In this document: positions 57,423-64,000 of the stretch, one piece after another | Numbering within the stretch: position 1 is the stretch's first letter | Layout: each line of letters opens with the position of its first letter | DNA from: Vampirovibrionales bacterium | GTDB lineage: Bacteria; Cyanobacteriota; Vampirovibrionia; Vampirovibrionales; JAJTHC01 | NCBI GenBank assembly: GCA_044348005.1 | Contig: JBIKTR010000005.1 | Coordinates: forward strand, 11,991-75,990 | Length of the DNA: 64,000 nucleotides | Reading direction: 5' to 3' | The notes under the pieces: model-generated | Database searches by the model: none | What the model was told of the DNA's origin: nothing | The model's input: the letters and a program-made list of their open reading frames with translations, nothing else | Program-made: the position numbers and the translations under genes

Positions 57423-57803
57423 ATGTCCATGATTAGTCGAACTAACCCTGAATACAACGCCAAGCCTTGGTTAGCAAAATCTTCAAGTCACTCTTTACCT
57501 ACGGCAGGTGGGGAGAAACTTTTTGCTCCAGCACCTGTATTTACAACACCAGCGTGGATCAAAAAAAGGTTAGGTATGCAGATAGAGGAAAATCCATCTG
57601 GATGCTATGGGAAAAATCCCCCACCTTCTTCATTGGCTAAGTTTATAGAATCATGGAATACATTTATAAACTCATGGCCTAATTTCAAGCTTAACAACGA
57701 TTTAGCTGATTCAGAGATGGATCCGTACACCATGGTACAAAACCCATGGATGCCTACTACTTCATCATCTCCAAGGACTTCTACTTTTTCTTGGCAAGCT
57801 TAG
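57423..57803 (+). CDS. Hypothetical small protein (AT-rich)
   Basis: ORF with a plausible RBS. Confidence 0.3.
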   Translation: MSMISRTNPEYNAKPWLAKSSSHSLPTAGGEKLFAPAPVFTTPAWIKKRLGMQIEENPSGCYGKNPPPSSLAKFIESWNTFINSWPNFKLNNDLADSEMDPYTMVQNPWMPTTSSSPRTSTFSWQA

Positions 57804-57855
57804 TGACGCAGAGATTCCTTCATCCTGAAAGAAACAGACGTTTCTCGACCAAGGG

Positions 57856-58590
57856 CTAGATCTTCCCCCCAGATCGCTTCAACAGTTTGACCACCGCAGT
57901 CTGTTGGCGTTCCATGGCCCAGGCCAAAGGGGTTTTGCCGTCTTTGTCTTGGGCATTAATGTTCGCCCCATTCAACAGCAACACATACACAATGTCGATA
58001 TATCCAAAAGCACTGGCCAAATGCAAAGGCGTCAAGCGTCGTTCACGCTCAACAACATTCACCTTCGCCCCGTGTTGCAATAAATCCTTGGCAATTTCAA
58101 AATGGCCGTTCTTACAGGCATATAACAAGGGGGTATCATCAAGCAAGTAAGCATCTACAGCATTGACGTTTGCCCCATGCGCAATCAGTGTTTTTACGAC
58201 GTCTACATGCCCGTTTTGGCTGGCGTTAATCAGAGGGGTACGCCCATAAGGGTTGCTCGCATCAACCGCAACGCCTTTTTCAAGCAGGGCTTTAACGATG
58301 TCGTTATTTCCCAACAAACTCGCCGTGTGCAACGGGGTGGCTCCGTCCGCATCAGCGACGTTTAGTTCACGCTTTGTGGCCAGCAGACGTTTGACTTGTT
58401 TGAGATCCTCCGCTTGAATGGCTTGATTCAAGGGATTGTGGTGTAGAGAGGGCTTTGCGCGTTTAAAGGGTGAAAACACTCCTAACCACGCGGGTTTTTC
58501 AAAGGCTTGTGCCATACCCGCACCGTGAAGGATTAAGCCACACAAGGCAAGGGTGAAAAGTCGTTTAAGCACAGGGGGATGTATTTTCAT
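57856..58590 (-). CDS. Secreted ankyrin-repeat protein
   Basis: Signal peptide followed by at least 5 ANK repeats (GATPLHTASLLGNNDIVKALLEKGVAVDA…). Confidence 0.75.
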   Translation of the reverse strand: MKIHPPVLKRLFTLALCGLILHGAGMAQAFEKPAWLGVFSPFKRAKPSLHHNPLNQAIQAEDLKQVKRLLATKRELNVADADGATPLHTASLLGNNDIVKALLEKGVAVDASNPYGRTPLINASQNGHVDVVKTLIAHGANVNAVDAYLLDDTPLLYACKNGHFEIAKDLLQHGAKVNVVERERRLTPLHLASAFGYIDIVYVLLLNGANINAQDKDGKTPLAWAMERQQTAVVKLLKRSGGKI

Positions 58591-58742
58591 GGGCGCTGTT
58601 TTTCGAGTCGTGTAGGCTTAAAGCCTAATGTTTAAAGTAATGAATGGTTCTATTATAACGGTTTTTTTGGTTTTGGTGTGTGGGCTTCTTTTTGCGATAT
58701 AATAGTAGCACTGTTTCTAACCCGTTGTAAAAGGGGCCTGCC

Positions 58743-61700
58743 TTGACTGAATCCATACAAGCCAAACCCTTTGTACACCTGCATGTGCATAGCCAATACA
58801 GTCTGTTAGAAGCGTCTAGTCGCATTAAAGATCTGGTTAAAGTGGCGACTTCTTTCGCGATGCCCGCCCTTGCTCTGACCGACAGTGGCAACTTGTATGG
58901 CGCTGTAGATTTTTATAAAAGCTGTAACGCCAGTGGAATCAAGCCCATAGTCGGCGCTGAAATTGCTGTTATTGACGGCGACATTAGCGACAAATCCACG
59001 CGTAAAGCCACGGTGCAAGTCGTGTTGTTGTGCAAAAACTATAAGGGCTATCAGAATCTTGCCAAACTCCTTTCGATTGCCCACCTTGAAGGCTTTTACT
59101 ACCGCCCCCGCATTAATTGGGACATGCTTGAAACTCATGCCGAAGGCTTGATTTTGTTGAGCGATTGCACCCATGGCCCCATTGGCTACCATGTGCTACG
59201 CGGGCATCGAGACGAAGCCAAGGCGCATTTGGCTTGGTTGAAACGCGTGTTTAAGGACGACGTATACGTCGAATTGCAAGATCACCACATCGGCACTGAA
59301 ATGCAAATCACGCAAGAAGCCGTGGCACTTGCAGACGCCTTTGAAATGGAAGTGGTGCTCACCAACGACAGTCGATTCACTGCCAAAGGCCAAGGCGAAA
59401 CCGTGGACATTTTGCTCTGTATGCAAGTCGGCACCACGCTTTCAGACGAAAACCGTCGTAAAAAGTTTAATGAACAGTACTACCTTAAAAGCCCTGAAGA
59501 AATGAGCGAACTGCTTCAACATTTGCCCAAAGGCGTTATTGAAAAAGCCATGGCAAACACGCTCAAAGTGGCTGAAAAAATTGAACTCGACTGGCCCATG
59601 GGTGAATCGCTATTGCCTGCCTACCCCTTGCCTGATGGCGAAAATGAAGCCAGCTATTTGGAAAAGCTGGTCATCGACTATTCCAAAAAGAAATACGGCG
59701 ATCCCTTGCCTGAAGAAATCCAAGCTCGTGCGGATTATGAGCTAGGCATCATCAACGCCATGGGCTTTCCTGCCTATTTCTTGATTGTGTGGGATTTTAT
59801 GAATTGGGCAAGGGAACAAGGCATTCCCGTAGGACCAGGTCGGGGCTCGGCCGCAGGTAGTTTGGTTGCTTATGTCTTGGGCATTACGAATATCGACCCG
59901 ATCGAGCATAGCTTGTTATTTGAGCGATTTTTGAATCCTGAACGAGTCAGCATGCCCGATATTGATATTGACTTTTGCATCGAACGGCGTGGGGAAGTCA
60001 TCGATTACGTGGGTAAACGCTACGGAGCAGAACGGGTTTGCCAAATTGCGACCTTTGGCACATTGGCCGCAAAAGCAGCCGTAAAAGCCGTGGCTCGGGT
60101 ACTTGAAATCCCCTTTGAAGAAAGTAATCGCATTTCTAAAATGATTCCTTCAACGCCCGGTACAAAACTAGCCGATGCCTTGGCGGAAGGCATGGAACTT
60201 CAAAAAGAACTCGACGCTCAGCCTCATCTCAAACGCTGGATTGATCTGGCGGTGGACTTAGAAGGGACGGCCTGTAATGTGGGGACTCACGCGGCGGGGG
60301 TTGTGATTTCAAAAGACCCGTTGCACGAAGTCATTGCCTTACAAGCGTCTAAAGACGGTATGATGATTTCTCAATGCACCATGGGTGATTTGGAAAAGTT
60401 GGGCTTGCTTAAAATGGACTTTTTGGGTTTACGGAACTTGACGATTATTCGAAATACCCTAAAGCTCATTGAAAAAGCAGGCAAACCCTTGCCTGATATT
60501 GAAAAAATTCATTTGGACGATGTCGACACCTATAAGCTCTTAACGGCAGGGGATACTGATGGGGTGTTTCAGCTTGAAAGTAGCGGGATGAAAACCTTGG
60601 TGCGTGACTTAAAGCCTTCCGTGTTTGAAGACATTAACGCGTTGGTGGCGCTGTATCGCCCTGGCCCCTTGAATTCAGGCATGGCAAAAAACTTTGTGGA
60701 TCGTAAGCACGGCCGTGAAGCCATTAGCTACCCCCACCCAAGCTTACAAGGTATTTTAGAACCCACCTACGGCACCATTGTTTACCAAGAACAGATTATG
60801 CAAATTGCCCAAGTCTTGGCGGGTTATTCACTGGGTCGCGCCGATTTACTTCGCCGTGCCATGGGTAAAAAAAATGCCGAAGTCATGGAAAAGGAACGAG
60901 ACGGTTTTGTGCAAGGCTGTGTGGCCAATAATGTAGATGCAACACTTGCCAACGATCTTTTTAACGTAATGAGCGAGTTTGCCGCGTATTGCTTTAACCG
61001 TTCACATTCAGCGGCGTATGCCTTTATTGCTTACCAAACCGCGTATTTGAAGTGTCACTACCCAGTGGAATACTTGTCGGCCTTGTTGTCTTCGGTGCGA
61101 GATAGTTTGGATAAAATCCAGCATTATATCTTAACGGGGCGAAAAATGGGCATCGCTGTGTTGGCCCCTTCTGTGGAATCGAGTGATGTGGACTTTACCC
61201 CTTCCTTAGACGCACAAGCCATTCGCTTTGGTTTGGCTTCTGTAAAAGGGGTGGGCGTGGGCGTGGTGGAAGCCATCGTTAAAACCCGTGAAGAAGCCCC
61301 CTTTTCGAGTTTAGAAGACTTTTTAAAACGATCGAATACGAAGATTTTGAATCGAAAAACCATGGAAGCCCTTATTTTGGCAGGCGCCTTAGAAAGCTTT
61401 GGTTACACGCGTAAGCACTTAATGAACAACCTTGAAACGATTTTTAATTACGCGGAACAATGCCATAAGCAAGCTGAAACAGGCCAAGCCAGCCTCTTTG
61501 ATTTATTGGGAGCTTCTGATGACGGCAACGCCATGAGCGGGTTGCTCCTGCAAGGGGATGCTTCTGAAGAGTTTAGCGACGAAGACATTCAACGCCATGA
61601 AAAAGACTTATTGGGCTTTTATGTGACCAGTCATCCCTTAGACAACATTAAAGACACCCTGCCTTTGATGACGACCCATCGACTTTCTGAACTCCCCAAG

Positions 61701-62183
61701 CTTAACGACGGAGACGTGGTTCGCGTAGGAGGCCTTATTTCAAGCGTTCAGCATCGCTTAAGCAAGAAAAACAAGCCCTTAATCATTGGTGTGGTGGAAG
61801 ATTTCACAGGCGAGCGAGAGTTTATTGTGTTTGGCAAGGCGGTGGAACAGCTTAAACCTGTGCTAGAAGCGGGTAAAAAGCTGATTCTTAAAGCCAAAGT
61901 GTCTTTTCGTGGGGATGATAGCGAACAGTTTAGCTTGGTGCTGAATGAAGCGTTGCCCATTGAAGCATGTCAGCCCTTTGAACTTTCCTTTAGCGCCCCG
62001 CCCACGTATGAAGAGTGGGTGTTTTTGGCGAAGACTTTGCGTGAACATCATGGAGACGTCCCCACGATTTTACATTTTTCAGATGGCACGCGTCTAAAAA
62101 CGGGGGAACGATTTTGGGTGAACCCGTCTGGCTTTACCCAATTGAAGCAATCTTTACAACGCGTGATGTCCACCTTGGGGTAG
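58743..62183 (+). CDS. dnaE: DNA polymerase III alpha subunit
   Basis: PHP-domain N-terminus (HLHVHSQYSLLEA), PolIIIA core, OB fold. Confidence 0.9.
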   Translation: MTESIQAKPFVHLHVHSQYSLLEASSRIKDLVKVATSFAMPALALTDSGNLYGAVDFYKSCNASGIKPIVGAEIAVIDGDISDKSTRKATVQVVLLCKNYKGYQNLAKLLSIAHLEGFYYRPRINWDMLETHAEGLILLSDCTHGPIGYHVLRGHRDEAKAHLAWLKRVFKDDVYVELQDHHIGTEMQITQEAVALADAFEMEVVLTNDSRFTAKGQGETVDILLCMQVGTTLSDENRRKKFNEQYYLKSPEEMSELLQHLPKGVIEKAMANTLKVAEKIELDWPMGESLLPAYPLPDGENEASYLEKLVIDYSKKKYGDPLPEEIQARADYELGIINAMGFPAYFLIVWDFMNWAREQGIPVGPGRGSAAGSLVAYVLGITNIDPIEHSLLFERFLNPERVSMPDIDIDFCIERRGEVIDYVGKRYGAERVCQIATFGTLAAKAAVKAVARVLEIPFEESNRISKMIPSTPGTKLADALAEGMELQKELDAQPHLKRWIDLAVDLEGTACNVGTHAAGVVISKDPLHEVIALQASKDGMMISQCTMGDLEKLGLLKMDFLGLRNLTIIRNTLKLIEKAGKPLPDIEKIHLDDVDTYKLLTAGDTDGVFQLESSGMKTLVRDLKPSVFEDINALVALYRPGPLNSGMAKNFVDRKHGREAISYPHPSLQGILEPTYGTIVYQEQIMQIAQVLAGYSLGRADLLRRAMGKKNAEVMEKERDGFVQGCVANNVDATLANDLFNVMSEFAAYCFNRSHSAAYAFIAYQTAYLKCHYPVEYLSALLSSVRDSLDKIQHYILTGRKMGIAVLAPSVESSDVDFTPSLDAQAIRFGLASVKGVGVGVVEAIVKTREEAPFSSLEDFLKRSNTKILNRKTMEALILAGALESFGYTRKHLMNNLETIFNYAEQCHKQAETGQASLFDLLGASDDGNAMSGLLLQGDASEEFSDEDIQRHEKDLLGFYVTSHPLDNIKDTLPLMTTHRLSELPKLNDGDVVRVGGLISSVQHRLSKKNKPLIIGVVEDFTGEREFIVFGKAVEQLKPVLEAGKKLILKAKVSFRGDDSEQFSLVLNEALPIEACQPFELSFSAPPTYEEWVFLAKTLREHHGDVPTILHFSDGTRLKTGERFWVNPSGFTQLKQSLQRVMSTLG

Positions 62184-62213
62184 GGCGTTTTATAGGAAAC
62201 ACTATACATCTGA

Positions 62214-63134
62214 TTATGCTGGGTTTGGGCGATGTTCTTTCCCTTTTTCAGAACCGTCTTCATTACCTGTTTCCATGCCTGAAAGGAAGTACACCAACGG
62301 CAGTACTTTGTCCACAAAAGGCAAAGCCCCTGTGACGGTGAATGCCGCCGCCATGTCATCGACTTGAATCAAGAAATCTTTGGCATGAATTTTACGAGGG
62401 GGAATATCATCTTTGTGAATCCGTTTATTCAACTGATTCGACAAGAAAGCACCTAGGGTTACGCCTGTCACGACCCCAGCAAGACCAATAATGGCGGATC
62501 TCGTTATTTTGGGGAAGTTTTTTTCAGAAGAAAGTAAGTCTATTTTAGGAAATTGGTGAGCTAACTTTTCAGCAATACCGTCAAAGAACTTGCAAAACAG
62601 AACAGGCATAACAATATTGGTAATAAATTGATAATTCCCTTCTTTAATTTTGGCCCAGGTGTCTTCACCTTTGTCGTTAATAACGCCTCCTAAAAATCCA
62701 CCTAAAACAGCAGACCCACCCAAAGCGATAATTTTCAAATATCCGTTTTTACTTTTGTAGTCTACATTTAAAGGTGCAAACAATTGTTTGAGACCTATGC
62801 CTATATTTTGGATTGTCTTTTCATTAACCTTAAACGGGGTCAATACTTTTTTAGTTATCTTGAGTGGTCCTTTAAGACCCTTTGCCTTTTTAAACAGATC
62901 TTCCCTACTTGCCATCACAATCATCGGCAAAATCGTCCCGATCAAACTGCCCAGCACCACAGGCAAGGATGTTTTGCGTTCGGGCTTGAGTTCTCGCACG
63001 TTAGAATGAAACACGTCTAAATCTGGTGGGGGAAAGGCGTCTTCAGGGATGCGTTGTGTAGGGGTTTTTACACCACTTGGCACAGCGGATCCCGCTTGTA
63101 AGGGTTGGTAGTGATATTGAAATGAAGCGTTCAT
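62214..63134 (-). CDS. Hypothetical membrane protein
   Basis: Multiple hydrophobic Gly-rich segments. Confidence 0.4.
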   Translation of the reverse strand: MNASFQYHYQPLQAGSAVPSGVKTPTQRIPEDAFPPPDLDVFHSNVRELKPERKTSLPVVLGSLIGTILPMIVMASREDLFKKAKGLKGPLKITKKVLTPFKVNEKTIQNIGIGLKQLFAPLNVDYKSKNGYLKIIALGGSAVLGGFLGGVINDKGEDTWAKIKEGNYQFITNIVMPVLFCKFFDGIAEKLAHQFPKIDLLSSEKNFPKITRSAIIGLAGVVTGVTLGAFLSNQLNKRIHKDDIPPRKIHAKDFLIQVDDMAAAFTVTGALPFVDKVLPLVYFLSGMETGNEDGSEKGKEHRPNPA

Positions 63135-63460
63135 GCGTTTTCCTATTTTCCCTAAGTATTACACACTTATAAGCATTAAACACTTTGGCGTCCTTTTTTA
63201 TGCTATAGGGTTCGAAAAATAAAACGGTCTATGGTCTCTTCGTTGTCGCTACGATTTTTTTGTTTGGTTATGTACGTCTGTGTACACGCCCGCACAAAAA
63301 AATCTAGGCTCCTAGAATAGCCTCATCGCCTGTTTCATCTTTGGAACCCTATAGTGCCGTTTCTAAGACCTTTGATTCGCACTTTTTTCTGTGTTTGGTG
63401 TTTAATAAGACTATAATCGCTTTTTAAAGGAAATACTTGTCAAAAAAAAAGAGGTTTTTT

Positions 63461-64000
63461 ATGACCACGCCCTCCACACTAACGCAATCACACGCCGAAA
63501 AACTTCCGCCTCACGGGTTGATTAAATCAACGGCGGCCTTTCCCAAGCTTCAAAGCAATCAGGCCGTTATTCAAGAAGTCTTTTCTTCAATTCAAGGCGA
63601 AGGGCTCCATGCTGGGCAGCGCCAAGTCTTTGTAAGAGTCGCCCACTGCCACTTACATTGTGCCTATTGCGACACCCCCATGACGACGGCTCGTGGCGAT
63701 TGTGCGGTGGAAACACAACCAGGATCCAACCAATGGGTGGCGGTACCCGGTTTACAACGCGTGGAAGACACGGAAATGTTGATTGCCGGTTTAATTGCTC
63801 AAGCCCCCCACCACAGTGTAAGCTTTACAGGTGGGGAACCCTTGTTGTACCCCTATTACCTCAAAAGCCTCATGCAACGCATTCAACGCTTGGGGGTAAA
63901 AACGTACCTAGAAACCAGTGGCACACAACCCCATAGCTTGGCCAAAGTCCTAGCGTTTACCGATGTTATTTCCATGGATGTCAAACTCCCTTCAAGCACC
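63461..64000 (+). CDS. queE: 7-carboxy-7-deazaguanine synthase (radical SAM), 3'-truncated by window edge; not in the ORF track
   Basis: Manual translation from the ATG at 63461 gives VFSSIQGEGLHAGQRQVFVRVAHCHLHCAYCDT (CxxxCxxC plus the QueE N-terminal signature). It stays open to the last base. Confidence 0.65.
   Translation, partial: MTTPSTLTQSHAEKLPPHGLIKSTAAFPKLQSNQAVIQEVFSSIQGEGLHAGQRQVFVRVAHCHLHCAYCDTPMTTARGDCAVETQPGSNQWVAVPGLQRVEDTEMLIAGLIAQAPHHSVSFTGGEPLLYPYYLKSLMQRIQRLGVKTYLETSGTQPHSLAKVLAFTDVISMDVKLPSST

Overview
This is a bacterial chromosomal window (overall GC roughly 50%, with several clearly AT-rich islands) that mixes conserved housekeeping genes with accessory content. Housekeeping genes present: pheS, prmC/hemK, hemE, nrdA, trpG-trpD, anmK, rmuC, otsA-otsB, purM, rimM, mtnA, icd, dnaE, and queE as a 3' partial that the ORF track misses because it runs off the window end. 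A GT2 glycosyltransferase is cut at the 5' edge. The protein repertoire (ankyrin-repeat and TPR proteins, a huge Pro/Ala/Thr-rich repetitive protein, the dnaE N-terminus, PilM/N-O or GspL/M-like proteins) is compatible with a Chlamydiae/PVC-type or intracellular lifestyle organism, but that is only a tentative inference.

The most interesting signals are not single genes. (1) An AT-rich palindromic repeat family built on ACGAAAGAAA units sits in frame, without stops, inside two unrelated genes (anmK and a GT4-type glycosyltransferase) and has a third, intergenic copy. This is reminiscent of Rickettsia palindromic elements. (2) A GC-rich REP/MITE-like family carrying CCCTCTCCC-N-GGGAGAGGG hairpins occurs at five or more loci, including a roughly 480-bp composite inverted structure after purM and a roughly 150-bp unit present at least twice. 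(3) A roughly 60-bp inverted-repeat pair brackets a 1.8-kb segment. Each copy carries a perfect Shine-Dalgarno sequence followed by an 18-22 aa hydrophobic micro-ORF, resembling Ibs-type type I toxins, with a near-palindromic TTGCTA-N3-TAGCAA operator-like site. (4) A G14 homopolymer tract lies in the 5' coding region of the large repeat protein and is a phase-variation candidate. (5) An AT-rich restriction-modification island (HTH-fused gamma-class N6A methyltransferase plus a PD-(D/E)xK-like small ORF) is inserted after pheS. (6) Two paralogous higB-higA toxin-antitoxin modules are present. (7) A GC-rich, stem-rich roughly 270-nt island in an AT-rich accessory region may be an ncRNA rather than the ORF predicted there.

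All calls are from sequence and motif recognition only; no searches were run.
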